Virus record (IMG/VR): IMGVR_UViG_3300029288_004944
Location: 64,001 to 128,000 of that record
From: a virus
Taxonomy: Duplodnaviria > Caudoviricetes
Reading direction: 5' to 3' (one strand)
DNA length: 64,000 nt
Shown piece after piece: positions 39,511-51,047 of the stretch. The notes beneath the pieces were generated by a model that made no database searches, was not told the origin of the DNA, and saw only the letters and a program-made list of their open reading frames with translations. Numbering within the stretch: position 1 is the stretch's first letter; every line of letters begins with the position of its first letter. The position numbers and the translations under genes are program-made.

Positions 39511-39810
39511 TTAAACATAATCCATTAATAAATCTTCATCATCTATATATTCAATTAATCTTCCATCCGTTCTATATTCTTCTCTTTTAACAAGTACACC
39601 ATTCTTATACCATTGACGAGATAGAATGATGCCTGATTCATAAAACTCTTCATAGGCAGGGAGATCTTTATCTCTATGATAGTTTCCACATTTATCGTAC
39701 CATTTAAAATAACGAATCTTACCATTAGGCCAATATACAACTTGTGATGGTTTATCATTGTCAATAATATCAGGCCCAAGACGTTTTATGATATCTTGTT
39801 TTATATCCAT
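39511..39810 (-). CDS. MDIKQD-leader MORN-variant repeat protein (copy 3)
   Basis: Shared leader; YWPNG, HRDKDLPA, WYKNG. Confidence 0.8.
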   Translation of the reverse strand: MDIKQDIIKRLGPDIIDNDKPSQVVYWPNGKIRYFKWYDKCGNYHRDKDLPAYEEFYESGIILSRQWYKNGVLVKREEYRTDGRLIEYIDDEDLLMDYV

Positions 39811-39816
39811 ATTTCA

Positions 39817-40800
39817 CTATCTCTCCATAAAATAATCAACCATATCTTTTACACTCTGTTGATCAGATATTTTTGGCTCCCAACCAATTAATGAATTTAT
39901 CTTTTCATAACTTCCCAACAAAATAGGTACATCGCTCGGTCTCATCCTGCTTTGATCTATAACACACTGAATACCTGTAATACCACGATTAAAAAATTCA
40001 TTTACTAACATATCAAGCCACTCTCTCATTGTTTTTGTCTTACCCGATGCAATATTTATTACATTACCAATTATATTAATATCATCTTTACACAATCTTT
40101 CACTTAACCACCAATATGCTCTGACAATATCCCTAACATCGGTTAAATCTCTTTTAGCATCAAGATTACCTATATTAATAGATAATTTTTCTCCACGTTT
40201 CAAGAGATCGCACAATTGTTTTGTCCAATTTGAAATAGCAGCCTCAGTACCCTGCCTTGGCCCAAAATGATTGAATGCCCTTGAAACAACAGCCTTGATC
40301 CCATAGCTATGGACATATTGCAACACCAACGATTCTGCTGATATTTTAGAAACAGCATAAGGAGACAAAGGTCTTAATGGATTTGTTTCTTTAATAGGAA
40401 CTTCATTTTCTAACACTAAGCCATACTCTTCCGAACTACCGGCTACAAGCAATACACTCTGCGGAGAATAAAGCCTTATAGCATCAAGCACGTTCAATGT
40501 TCCCAATACATTAACCTTAATAAAATCCTCAGGATACATAAAAGATTTGTCAACAGCAATCAATGCAGCCAAATGAAATATTCTGTCCGGTTGGATTTCT
40601 TTAATAGTTTTATGTACCTCATCTCTATTGCAAATATCAACTATTTTTAATTTTATCTCATCTTGAACATGCTTAATCCGAGAAAAATCATTTACATAGT
40701 CTATACCATAAATTTCGGCATCAGGATCTACATTATCTAAAATATAATCTACCAAATGACTCCCTGCAAAACCACACACACCCGTAATCAATACTTTCAT
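39817..40800 (-). CDS. GDP-mannose 4,6-dehydratase / GDP-4-keto-6-deoxymannose reductase-like SDR
   Basis: TGVCGFAG, SSEEYG, SPYAVSK, GNLDAKRD, RPSDV. Confidence 0.88.
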   Translation of the reverse strand: MKVLITGVCGFAGSHLVDYILDNVDPDAEIYGIDYVNDFSRIKHVQDEIKLKIVDICNRDEVHKTIKEIQPDRIFHLAALIAVDKSFMYPEDFIKVNVLGTLNVLDAIRLYSPQSVLLVAGSSEEYGLVLENEVPIKETNPLRPLSPYAVSKISAESLVLQYVHSYGIKAVVSRAFNHFGPRQGTEAAISNWTKQLCDLLKRGEKLSINIGNLDAKRDLTDVRDIVRAYWWLSERLCKDDINIIGNVINIASGKTKTMREWLDMLVNEFFNRGITGIQCVIDQSRMRPSDVPILLGSYEKINSLIGWEPKISDQQSVKDMVDYFMER

Positions 40801-40832
40801 TCCATCCTCCTATTTATATTTAACATTTATCT

Positions 40833-41624
40833 TTAATCACAATATTTTCTAACTTTGATTACTGGTGGAGATTTATGTTTATGAGAATTGTCTCTATATC
40901 TAATACTTATAAACTTAACCATATCATTTATTGGCTGTTTACAAGTACCAGTCATATGCTCCTTTATTGATTGTTCCATCTCATTATAACTATATCCCAA
41001 TTCTTTCTCATCTGTTTGTCCTTCCCATAATCCGGCACTCGGAACCCTGTCTATCATTTCCTCCGTAATAACATCCTTATCCCTAAAATAATCCAACAAC
41101 TGATAAACTTCACTCTTAAACAATTCTCCTATCGGAAATATATCTGCAAGAGCATCCCCACCCTTTGTATCATATCCTATATAATCCTCTGATAAATTTC
41201 CTGTCCCAACAACTCTAACTCTTTTATTTAACTCAGCATTCAATTCCCAAGCAATACCATAGAGCATACACATTCTTGATCTTGAACGAGCATTACCTTG
41301 ATTAACTTTATTAATTTCTTTTTTATCAAAAATACTACTCAGTCCTTTAGTTATCTCATCAGCAATATTACTAATATCTGCAGCAATTTCATGTATTCCC
41401 AATCTTTCACAAATATCGCGAGATTTTAAATTGAATGTTAGCCTATCATGTACATTATATGGCATATGAACACCATATACATTATTTATTCCCAATGCTT
41501 CTGTGCATAATATAGCAACTAACGTTGAATCAGCTCCACCACTCATTCCTATCACAGCAACATCCATATTATTTCTAATATCCACATTCATCTTTACCAT
41601 CAACTCTTCTATATCTTTAATCAT
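40833..41624 (-). CDS. nadE: NH3-dependent NAD+ synthetase
   Basis: GMSGGADS, GNARSR, TKGGD, PSAGLWEGQTDE. Confidence 0.93.
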   Translation of the reverse strand: MIKDIEELMVKMNVDIRNNMDVAVIGMSGGADSTLVAILCTEALGINNVYGVHMPYNVHDRLTFNLKSRDICERLGIHEIAADISNIADEITKGLSSIFDKKEINKVNQGNARSRSRMCMLYGIAWELNAELNKRVRVVGTGNLSEDYIGYDTKGGDALADIFPIGELFKSEVYQLLDYFRDKDVITEEMIDRVPSAGLWEGQTDEKELGYSYNEMEQSIKEHMTGTCKQPINDMVKFISIRYRDNSHKHKSPPVIKVRKYCD

Positions 41625-41635
41625 TTAAGTTCCCC

Positions 41636-41680
41636 CTATTTTATATTAAACACACTTTTCAAATAATTCAAATAATTTTC
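41636..41680 (-). repeat. Orphan duplicate of the pncB 3' end
   Basis: Encodes ENYLNYLKSVFNIK*, compared with the pncB end EDYLNYLKKVFNIEDK* (42442-42492). Confidence 0.8.
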
Positions 41681-42455
41681 ATACATCTCCATCCCTTATG
41701 ATGTTTTCGTTTTCCACTTGCGACTGAATACATATGTCCTACTCCCAACCTATGCTTTTTACAAAATCTATATAAACCATTGACTATATATTTTTTATCT
41801 TGTGGATCAAAAACTTCCCATTGTTTCACATTGGGAGGACTATACCTACTTCTAACTTTTCTTAATTTTCTTTTTTGATACTCCGTCCATTTGTGTCCTC
41901 TATTTTTAATGATATTTTCATTTTTGTAAATTTTGTATGATGTTTTCCCAACATAGAACCTTTCCATAGTCCGTTTTTAAAATTTTCTTTTTTTGTTAAA
42001 GAAATCTTTTTTTTAATTTCTTTAGTTTTTGGTATTCCTTTCCAATATCTACAATTATGTTCTTTTATTTTTTGTTTTGATTTTTCTGTATGCTTATAAT
42101 GAGAAATTCCATCCCCTCCATCGGATAAATTTAAAAGAACACCCAAGCCAAGATCTTTTCTACCTATAATCTTTATTAAATTCATCTCTATTTCATATGC
42201 CCTTCTATCATTTAAACCACAAATAACTTTTTCACAAATTGGAAATAATCCATCATTCAATATTTTTCTAATTTTTTGATTTTTAGGATGAGCAAAATTA
42301 CTTTTTTTAGCCATATTAACATGCTTATTCATTCTCAATCCTGTGCCTTTACCAACATAAAAAGGCTCATAATCAAATTTAAATTTATCATATCTATATT
42401 CACCCGACTTACGAGGATCCAATAAAACATAAACATATCTATTATTTATCTTCAA
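41668..42455 (-). mobile_element. GIY-YIG-like homing endonuclease with NUMOD3 repeats, split by a -1 frameshift near 41903-41907
   Basis: YVYVLLDPR...FYVGKG...R...E...LLN..GGDG; NUMOD3 unit continues as RGHKWTEYQKRKL in the overlapping frame; ends KHHKGW. Confidence 0.8.
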
Positions 42456-43599
42456 TGTTGAACACCTTCTTTAAATAATTTAAATAATCTTCATCTTTAC
42501 ACATTTGTTTAGATAGAGTATCGGAAATCTTTGCCACAGAACAACCATTACATTGTGCCATTTTAATTACAATATTTAAAGGACAAAACGAAAAGTCATT
42601 CATTAAATTCGTACCTATTCCAAATGCTGTATTTATCTTCCCCTTATATCTCTCTGCCAATTCTATTGCCTTTGGGAATGTTAAACCATCACTAAATACA
42701 GCAGTCTTTGTCATTGGGTCTATTTTTAATTTCTTATAATGTTCTATGAGTTTATCACACCATACAAAAGGATCACCGCTATCATGTCTTGCCCCATCAA
42801 ATAATTTTGCAAAATATTTATCAAAATCATTTAAAAAGGCATCCATTCCCAACGTATCTGACAAAGCAATTCCAAGATCTCCCCTATATTCATCTGCCCA
42901 AGTTTGAAATGCGAATTTTTGGCTATCTCTTATTCTCACAAATGCCTGACAGGCCTGAATAAATTCGTGTGCCATCGTTCCAATCGGAGAAATGCCGTAC
43001 TTCTTAGCAAGATAAACATTGCTTGTTCCTGTAAATCTATATGGTAATGTTTTTCTAAACAGTTCTCCTATAATATAATGCTGCCATTCAAAAGAATATC
43101 TTCTACGAGTTCCAAAATCAGAAAATTTAAAATTATCATCAGCCTTATGGTTTATTAATTCTATCTTTTCTGTTAGTCTCTCTTGACCAACTCCGGGCAC
43201 TGCTTTATTTCTAAAATAAACTTCATTTATAATTGCAAGTACAGGGACCTCAAAATATATTGTACTTAACCATGGGCCAACTATATTTAATCCAAACTGC
43301 CCATGATACGATGTTATTTGTACACATTTTGAATCTAATTTTAACAATTTTAAAAACTCCAAATAACTTGGTTTAAACCATCCTAATTTTCTTAAATACT
43401 TAATTTCATCATCTTGAAATCTTAAATTACAAAGATTGTCTATTTCTGCTATTATTTCGCTCGTATATGGAGTTAAATCAACATCTTCATTCCTGCATTT
43501 AAACGTATATTCAACCATAGCATCAGGAAACTTATGAAACACTACTTGACCCATCGTAAACTTGTATAAATCTGTATCTAAAAGAGACTTTATAATCAT
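42442..43599 (-). CDS. pncB: Nicotinate phosphoribosyltransferase
   Basis: LLDTDLYK, DFGTRRR, GTMAHE, RHDSGDP, VFSDGL, FGIGT, KISD. Confidence 0.95.
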   Translation of the reverse strand: MIIKSLLDTDLYKFTMGQVVFHKFPDAMVEYTFKCRNEDVDLTPYTSEIIAEIDNLCNLRFQDDEIKYLRKLGWFKPSYLEFLKLLKLDSKCVQITSYHGQFGLNIVGPWLSTIYFEVPVLAIINEVYFRNKAVPGVGQERLTEKIELINHKADDNFKFSDFGTRRRYSFEWQHYIIGELFRKTLPYRFTGTSNVYLAKKYGISPIGTMAHEFIQACQAFVRIRDSQKFAFQTWADEYRGDLGIALSDTLGMDAFLNDFDKYFAKLFDGARHDSGDPFVWCDKLIEHYKKLKIDPMTKTAVFSDGLTFPKAIELAERYKGKINTAFGIGTNLMNDFSFCPLNIVIKMAQCNGCSVAKISDTLSKQMCKDEDYLNYLKKVFNIEDK

Positions 43600-43623
43600 A
43601 TTTCCTCCAATTCCTATCCTCTA

Positions 43624-43911
43624 TTATTTTTTACTTTTGTATTTCTTTGGGTGAATTGTATTTAGAACATAAACTATCGTACCATTATTGTCATTGTACA
43701 CCACGATCTTACGTGGATAAAGACCTATAAATTTTAAATCTATTTCATTAGCGGTGTCAGACATGCGATCTTTAACCCATTGTTTACCATGTCCATCATT
43801 GCTAACTGTCTCTATAAAATCACCCTTAGTAGTTGCCCCAACATATCGCAACCCCATTCCAAAATATCCCCAATTAGTCAATTTTTGTCTCTTCTTCAAT
43901 TTCTCCTCCAT
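43624..43911 (-). CDS. Hypothetical protein
   Basis: 95-aa ORF. Confidence 0.5.
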   Translation of the reverse strand: MEEKLKKRQKLTNWGYFGMGLRYVGATTKGDFIETVSNDGHGKQWVKDRMSDTANEIDLKFIGLYPRKIVVYNDNNGTIVYVLNTIHPKKYKSKK

Positions 43912-44333
43912 TCCCTTAATTTATGTATGGCATAACAATCAGCATCCCTTTCCGAAAATTGTCCCCTACAATTATAATATCTATACCCTCTTCTGTGCTT
44001 TGCCTGCCACAAATGACGCAGTTCATGAGCCATTAAGTAAACCAACACTTCTTCCGTTGTAAACAATTTATATCCTGATAAATATCCTTTACCTTTAACG
44101 TCTACATCCTGTCCGTTATCAATTGGAAATTTGATCTTATCGCCTATCCTTATTACAACATAAGGACTAAAATTACCATGATAACTACACCCATTATAAT
44201 AACATCTACCACAAAAACCATTCTTTGAATTCTTAACACCTATCTCAAAATTAGACAGTCCGGAAGGTCTTACAAACTTAATAATTTCCTTAATACTCTT
44301 ATTATCAAACTTGGTATAGTTTTTAAGTTTCAC
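43896..44333 (-). CDS. Zincin-like metallopeptidase-motif protein
   Basis: AHELRH (HExxH) with downstream SERDAD. Confidence 0.65.
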   Translation of the reverse strand: MKLKNYTKFDNKSIKEIIKFVRPSGLSNFEIGVKNSKNGFCGRCYYNGCSYHGNFSPYVVIRIGDKIKFPIDNGQDVDVKGKGYLSGYKLFTTEEVLVYLMAHELRHLWQAKHRRGYRYYNCRGQFSERDADCYAIHKLREWRRN

Positions 44334-44346
44334 TTAACCCCTCCAA

Positions 44347-44673
44347 TTAAAGATTTAACATTCCAATAAATTTATACTTTATATTTGGAACACTTACACC
44401 GTTAACCTTCTTTGGATCATTCCAATAATTAAAAATTGTTGCCACAGCAAACTCTTTTTCATCTGTACTATTAATCACTACTGCAAATTCTTTTTTATCT
44501 TCATCTGTAAATTTCATAACCATTAATTCCTGATCTTTCTTTAATTTTACCCCTTTTTTCTTTATCTCTCTTGAAGCAGCATCAACAAACATTCCCCCAA
44601 AAAGACCTAAGGATTCTTGTTGATCTATTGCTGAAAAAAATATTCCCCTGAGTGTTTCTTGTTTTATTTCCAT
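44347..44673 (-). CDS. Hypothetical protein
   Basis: 108-aa ORF. Confidence 0.5.
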   Translation of the reverse strand: MEIKQETLRGIFFSAIDQQESLGLFGGMFVDAASREIKKKGVKLKKDQELMVMKFTDEDKKEFAVVINSTDEKEFAVATIFNYWNDPKKVNGVSVPNIKYKFIGMLNL

Positions 44674-44980
44674 TTATTGTTCCTTTAAAAATTCTTTTCT
44701 ACTTTTTCTTAAAATACGCCTAATTTGTTTTAAGTGCTTTGCCTTTTTTACTTTTTCCAAAACTTTCAATAAAAACGGTATGTCCGAAAAACACATTGTT
44801 TCCATTAAACCTCCATCATTTTAATGCTTTATTTTGAATCCACAGTAAAATACAAATTTACACCGGCAACGATTAAAAATGTTCCTAATATAAAAGATGC
44901 AAGAGATCCATACCTTCCCCCAATATAAGAAAATATACAACCCAATATGATAGCCAAAATATCCTCAATTTTTCTTTTAT

Positions 44981-45271
44981 TCATTTAATTTTTTCCTTTT
45001 TTAAGATTTTGTATTCTCCTTTATCCCATCCTACTCCCATAATATCATTTAAATCACAATAATACATATTTCCTGATTTTGCCAAATCTATCTCTCTTTT
45101 ATTTCCTGTTTCAGAAACATACTGACTAAAAGAAGATAAACAATAATTTACCCAAGAACCCTCTTTTAATATTTTATAAAAATTAGATATAGATGTCGCC
45201 TGACCAATAACACGGCATTGTTTACCATCTTTATAAAATTGTCCATATCCATAAACTTTTAATTTTCTCAT
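44981..45271 (-). CDS. Hypothetical protein (likely start 45271)
   Basis: AAGGAG SD before MRKLKV, downstream of the promoter. Confidence 0.55.
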   Translation of the reverse strand: MRKLKVYGYGQFYKDGKQCRVIGQATSISNFYKILKEGSWVNYCLSSFSQYVSETGNKREIDLAKSGNMYYCDLNDIMGVGWDKGEYKILKKEKIK

Positions 45272-45314
45272 TTCTTCTCCTTTGTACTTAAATCCCATAT
45301 CCCATCCTACATAT

Positions 45315-45343
45315 ATTATAGCATACTTTATGGTAAAAGTCAA
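45315..45343 (-). promoter_or_regulatory. Sigma70 promoter TTGACT-N17-TATAAT with conserved leader
   Basis: TTGACTTTTACCATAAAGTATGCTATAAT, followed by ATATGTAGGATGGGATATGGGATTTAA. Confidence 0.85.
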
Positions 45344-45353
45344 GAAAAAAATG

Positions 45354-46967
45354 CTATATGTCTAAACTAAGTTGACAAACAGAATCTTTAATCCTTTTTT
45401 CTGCGATCTTAATATACTCAGGATTGAGTTCAATACCTACATAATTTCTTCCAAGTTGTTTTGCCACCATACCCGTTGTTCCTGCTCCCATAAATGGATC
45501 AAGCACTATTCCGGGATTAAACTTTTCTCCACAACCACAATCACTATAACTATTAAACTCTTTAACATTCTGTTCTGTATTTCCTGAATATGCAGAATTC
45601 TGATTACTCTCTACATGCTTTACTCCTCCTATTGGAGGAACTTTTTCTATTCCCACTACTTTATATATCTTTTCTCTTGGCAAACCACATTTTGAACATA
45701 CTTCTTTTGGACAACCGGCATTAATACATCTTTCAGGTATTTCAGGGGCAAACACGGCAAAATGGGCTCCTGAAAAAGATTTTGTTGTAATATCCCACAC
45801 TGTCCTCATATTACGGCCATTTCTTTTTTTATATTCTTCTTCTAAATTATCATATCCTTTATACTTTCTCGGTTGACTCATCGTATTAGCATGAACTCCC
45901 TCAGGAAAATACTCATCCTTAGAATATTTATTTTCATTATTTCCCCTACATTCCCTTTTTAAAGATTCAATATTTAAAGATTCAAATTGCTGTTCAAAAT
46001 AATAATCATTGCCTGACCAAAAACTATACTTTATCTTGCCCGTACCTTCACAACGACTGCATCTATCTTCACTATTCCTATAAATTCTTGCCCTTGGACT
46101 ACTAAAAAGTTCAGAATCCTCTTTTGAAATCTTGGTATCACATTCTGCCTCTTTACAATTAGGACAGTCTTTCCATCCCCAATCTTGTCCCTCTACCCCA
46201 CTTACCCCCAATGGCTGTTTATCTACAATTTTCAAAGTTTTCTTATTTACCCAATACTGCACACTATTGGATTTTGTAAAATAAAAAATATATTCAAAGT
46301 CGACGGTAAATCGATCATCAGCAGAGTCTGGCATACAGTTTCTTTTGTACCAACATATCGTATTTCTACGAATCCAACCACGATCAGACATTCCTATTAC
46401 AAAACGTTCAGGAATACCCATAAGGGATTTAACCGGTATATTACTTTGCACTTTATCATATCTACCAAGTTGCCCAAGGCCTTCTGCATTACCTAAATTA
46501 CTTTTTGCACTATTCGATGCATTATTATTATAACTGTCACCTATATTCCAAAACATTACACCTGTTTTTTTCAATACCCTTTTAATCTCATCACATATCT
46601 GCCACAAATGATCCAAATACAACTGATATGATGGCTCCAACCCAAGTTCTCCTCTCCACGCCCCACACACAGAACAAAAATTACCACTATTTGCCTTATT
46701 TAGATCAGCAATCTTTTCGTACTTATTTCCATTAAGATCACCCTTATCATTACGATATTCATTGCCACATCTCTTTAATTCATCTCCCCATACATGCTGA
46801 CACCCTTCTTTTCCTCCCCACACCTGCGGATTAGTTTTGTACGATCTCAATCCGAAATAGGGCGGAGAAGTGACAACGCAATCAATACTTTCGTTTGGAA
46901 TAGTCTTTAATACTTCCAACGTATTACCTGAAAGTATTTTATTTGTAATATCCTCAATTGTTTTCAT
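45354..46967 (-). CDS. N4/N6 DNA methyltransferase (beta class) with Cys-rich insertions
   Basis: VTSPPY, HFAVF, LDPFMGAGTT, GIELN. Confidence 0.9.
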   Translation of the reverse strand: MKTIEDITNKILSGNTLEVLKTIPNESIDCVVTSPPYFGLRSYKTNPQVWGGKEGCQHVWGDELKRCGNEYRNDKGDLNGNKYEKIADLNKANSGNFCSVCGAWRGELGLEPSYQLYLDHLWQICDEIKRVLKKTGVMFWNIGDSYNNNASNSAKSNLGNAEGLGQLGRYDKVQSNIPVKSLMGIPERFVIGMSDRGWIRRNTICWYKRNCMPDSADDRFTVDFEYIFYFTKSNSVQYWVNKKTLKIVDKQPLGVSGVEGQDWGWKDCPNCKEAECDTKISKEDSELFSSPRARIYRNSEDRCSRCEGTGKIKYSFWSGNDYYFEQQFESLNIESLKRECRGNNENKYSKDEYFPEGVHANTMSQPRKYKGYDNLEEEYKKRNGRNMRTVWDITTKSFSGAHFAVFAPEIPERCINAGCPKEVCSKCGLPREKIYKVVGIEKVPPIGGVKHVESNQNSAYSGNTEQNVKEFNSYSDCGCGEKFNPGIVLDPFMGAGTTGMVAKQLGRNYVGIELNPEYIKIAEKRIKDSVCQLSLDI

Positions 46968-47247
46968 ATTTCTTAGCCTCTCTTTAAAACAATTCCATTT
47001 GTTTTTCTTCTATGATGTCTTTCTTTATAAATATACTTATATCTTCTTTTGTTATTAAGTCTGCCCTTTCCTGTTCTTTTGTAATATATGGCTTACAATA
47101 TTTCTGCATATCAAAATTAACCATCACTTGATTACTGACAAATTCCTCTTACAATCTTTGATCTCTCCTACAAACTTTCCATCTGCCCTTTCCGGCATAA
47201 ATGTATAAAATTTATCATAAGCCATACGTATAATAGATTTTTTCTTT

Positions 47248-47574
47248 TTATTCGTCACCATTCTTTGTCTCCTTTGGCCATTCCCCATTATTATCTTTTA
47301 ATTGATATTTTTCACATATGGCACATTTTCTCATATTATACTTACCTTCAACTGCTTCCCACTCGTGTTCTTCCTCGTTCTCCTTGCACAACTTTTGAGA
47401 TGAATAAGACACAGAAACAGAACAAGACACACTAAACATTTTTCCACATTTGCCACACTCAACATCTTCTATATCTCCATCTGACATGTGCATTTCCCAA
47501 CTATCATTATCTTCGTAACCACAATAAGGACACGTTATATCATCAGTAAAATCACAATCTATATCATTGCTCAT
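47248..47574 (-). CDS. Zinc-ribbon protein
   Basis: CPYCG...CGKCG...HEW...CAIC. Confidence 0.65.
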   Translation of the reverse strand: MSNDIDCDFTDDITCPYCGYEDNDSWEMHMSDGDIEDVECGKCGKMFSVSCSVSVSYSSQKLCKENEEEHEWEAVEGKYNMRKCAICEKYQLKDNNGEWPKETKNGDE

Positions 47575-47598
47575 TTTATTTCTCCTTTTCTACATTAT

Positions 47599-47940
47599 TT
47601 ATTCTATATTACCCCACCCTTTTGGAAATAATTTCTTCATATAATCATAACATTTTTGGCATAGCATCTTCTCCTGCAATTCCGGTATTACATATTTTTC
47701 CCACTCTTCGTTTGGGACCATAAACATATCCGGCCATTTCTTGCCACATCTCCCACACAGATTTGGGATTATAACGTAAGGTATTCTATCATATTTTTCA
47801 AATACTCCATCTTCTTCCGATGTAATGCCACAACCACATCCAATCAACTGTCCACCACAATTAGGACAAGTTTCCATATCACAACCAAATTCATGCAAAT
47901 GACCTTCTTTTACTCCACAATCATGGCACGTTTTCTTCAT
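47599..47940 (-). CDS. Cys-rich zinc-finger protein
   Basis: CHDCG..H..GCD.E.CPNCGGQLIGCGC; CGRC; CQKC. Confidence 0.65.
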   Translation of the reverse strand: MKKTCHDCGVKEGHLHEFGCDMETCPNCGGQLIGCGCGITSEEDGVFEKYDRIPYVIIPNLCGRCGKKWPDMFMVPNEEWEKYVIPELQEKMLCQKCYDYMKKLFPKGWGNIE

Positions 47941-48365
47941 TTTAACTCCCCTTCATTTTTTTGTAATTTTTCTTTATCATGAAACTCCAATGCCTTTATA
48001 TCAAACTTAGCCTCAATAGCCTTTCTTAGTGGTCCTGACAATGATTCTTCAACCTTTCCCAATATCTCATCTGAAATACTTCTTTCTATCGCATCTCCGA
48101 TTGTTTCCCTAACCTGAATCTGCATCATTGAAAGCATATCGCGAGCCATTCTCTCAAAATCTTCTCCAACCTGATAATTTTCAAAAGACCAATGCCCTTT
48201 AATACATTTAATTTTTAAAAGTCTTTTTGTACGCTTGGTAATAGGAACATAGCAGGGGAATCCAAAAAGATTGAATTTAAAATAACCCAACGCCCTTTCT
48301 TTAATATCAGTGGAAGCAGTTACTCCATCAGGAAGTTCTTTTATAAAACTATCAAATATACCCAC
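47937..48365 (-). CDS. Hypothetical protein
   Basis: 142-aa ORF. Confidence 0.5.
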   Translation of the reverse strand: MGIFDSFIKELPDGVTASTDIKERALGYFKFNLFGFPCYVPITKRTKRLLKIKCIKGHWSFENYQVGEDFERMARDMLSMMQIQVRETIGDAIERSISDEILGKVEESLSGPLRKAIEAKFDIKALEFHDKEKLQKNEGELK

Positions 48366-51047
48366 TTTACCCCCCCTTATTCCTTTTCCACTCCGCCTAA
48401 ATATATTATCCCCTGATCTGAGCCTTCCGGCTGAAAATCAGAATCTGCATTATCCATTGTTCCATTAACAAATTCCACAAGACCATCCACATCCTCAAAA
48501 TCATCCTCTACCTCAAACTCAACAATCACTTTTACTGTCTTCATTTAATCTCCTTTATCAGTCTCTCTACTCCCCCATAGCCTCACATATCATCTTATTC
48601 GCCTCATCTTTATTCTCAACCGCCACTTTCAAAAACTCATTTTGTGTCAATGTTTTCATATTATACCTCTATATGCCGACATTCTTAGCATTTGTAATAG
48701 CCATTAATAACTCATCTGCTGATACGGTTAGGATTGTATCCTCAAATTTTAAAACTACCATACTACTTCTGTTCCAATGACTTTGTATAATTAATTTGTA
48801 TTCTTTGCTTGGTAAACACTCTTTATTATCTCTTTCATAAACATCAATTTCGTTCGTGCTTTTTAATTTACTCATTTGACCTCCGAGTTAATTTTAATCC
48901 AACCAAACCTTTAAATGCTTTTGAAACCCTTAACAAATTTTTATATACTACACAAATTTTTCTATCTTTACATTTTTTACACAAACAATTATCTTTAGTA
49001 GGTTTTTTACTTTTCATTCGATCCCCTCCTTACTATTTATTCAGCGATCCCATCCCATACTGCCAAAACCAATAAAAACACAAGCCAAATACCAAAACCA
49101 AATATTGCCATTATTTAGATATGGGAAATACATGACACCCAAAATAATCCCATATGCAAAAAAACTTCTCAATATTCCTTTTATCATTTATCTCTCCTTA
49201 TATTTTATTTAACTTCATTCAAATATATGACACTATTCTATCTTAATACCCATTTCATCCTCAACATATTTTTTATAAAATAAATTTCGTTCAATCTCTT
49301 TCTTTTTATATCGAGCATACTCCAAGATATCGCACTTTTTTCTTATCTGTTCTTCGGTCAATTTCTTTCTTTTCTTACTTACGCTTAAAGTTATCTTCCA
49401 TGCAACATTAAAAAGCGAACTACGATCTTTAATTTTCCTAAATCTTATCTTTTTAATATTATAATCTCTAATTTCATCTAAATCAATATAACTATTTATA
49501 TTTTGCAATAAATACTTCTTTGCAACCCTTTCATCCAAATAGGATGTATTCACCATCATTATCACTATATATTTTTTCATTTTCCATCCTTCACCCAAAA
49601 AGTTCCGCTCCAACTATCCCATTCTTCTTTCTGCTTCTTACCACATCTCAGACACTTTCTATGGCATAAACTATATTCATCTTTCTTCGTTTCCCATTTA
49701 TGCCCCAACAATAAGCAAACCAATTTTTTCATTTGATCTCCTTTATTAATCTCGTTGCTTTATGGTTTGCATAACAAATATTAAATTGTCCACATTTCCC
49801 ATCTATACATTCCTCATTCGCTACACTAAATTTAGAAACTTTACAATTTTTGTTTGCACTCCGACAAAAAGCCTTCCAACTTATCACTCTTAAACAATGC
49901 AAAATTTCTTTTATATCTTCGTTCATTTTATTTCTCCTTATCTATCATTATATAATTTTATTAATCTTTCTTTATCTTCTGATCTTGCTATATAACTCCC
50001 ATAACTATTTCTTGCCGTACCCCCACAGGTCAATATACCAAAAACTGTATTTAAAATTATTTCTATACCCCTAAATTCATCACCTAATTTTTCCTCCCAC
50101 AATAACGCTATCTTATTATTTGCACAAGGATAAAAATCTTCAACTATTTCATACCAACCTTTTAAAGTTTCAGGATTAAAATTACCATAAAAATGCAATC
50201 GTCTACCATATAAATTTTTTGTCATTTTTGCAAAATCCTTTCTTGTTTCAGGACTTTTGATTTTTAATGCCCTATAAGTATCCCACCCATTATTAATAAA
50301 AACTTTTTTCGTTGTAAGGTATTTTTTTAAAAACATATTTAGATCTTCTTTATTTTTTATCCTTGGATAATTCATTATAACCCTCCTTCCCCAACCTTGC
50401 CAACGCCTTCCAATTTTGTTTAATATGTCTCTTTGCCATTTTTGACATATGACCATAACTTTTCTGTGCAGATTTTATATCAATATCCTCAGGATTAATT
50501 CCAATGGAGAGAAATTTACTTTTTAATAATTTAAGAGTAATCATTTGATTCCTTCCTTACTATTTTATATTAAACTTATAATCCTTTGACATCCCTACAA
50601 AATTATCACAATCCCATTTAAAAATTCCTACCTTACTTGGCTTAAAATATTCATAACTCTGACCACCACTATAATTCTTAGGAATTGCCATAAATCTATA
50701 ACAATGCTTTCTTAATACACATTTTTTATTTTTACACATTATCATTTCTGGCATTATTTATCCTCTACATAAATTGGTTGCTTTTGAACTGCTTCAACTA
50801 TTATATTGCTTGCTTCGGCAACACACTCTGAGCCAGAAGTATCTATGTTTAGATACTTCACTTTTTTATACCCCTGTTTCTCGTAAAACTCTTTCGGCAA
50901 CAGTTTGATAAGTTCGTTGTCAAGAGAATGGTCGGCGATGGCCTGTTTTAATCGCTCTTCAATATTAATTTCCATTTGTTTGTCCTCAATTTGCCAATAG
51001 TCTAAATTAATTGCTTCAAGAAAACTTTTCTGCTCAACCTCTTTCAT
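48366..51047 (-). other. Run of tightly packed small hypothetical ORFs (about 40-170 aa), several Cys-rich
   Basis: ORFs 48669-48875, 49233-49613, 49729-49926, 49938-50456, 50350-50544, 50560-50754, 50754-51047 plus shorter ones with SD motifs. Confidence 0.55.

Noticed and set aside
46984-47261. Possible frameshifted gene
   Set aside because: It is explained equally well by two small ORFs coupled through a TGATG overlap.
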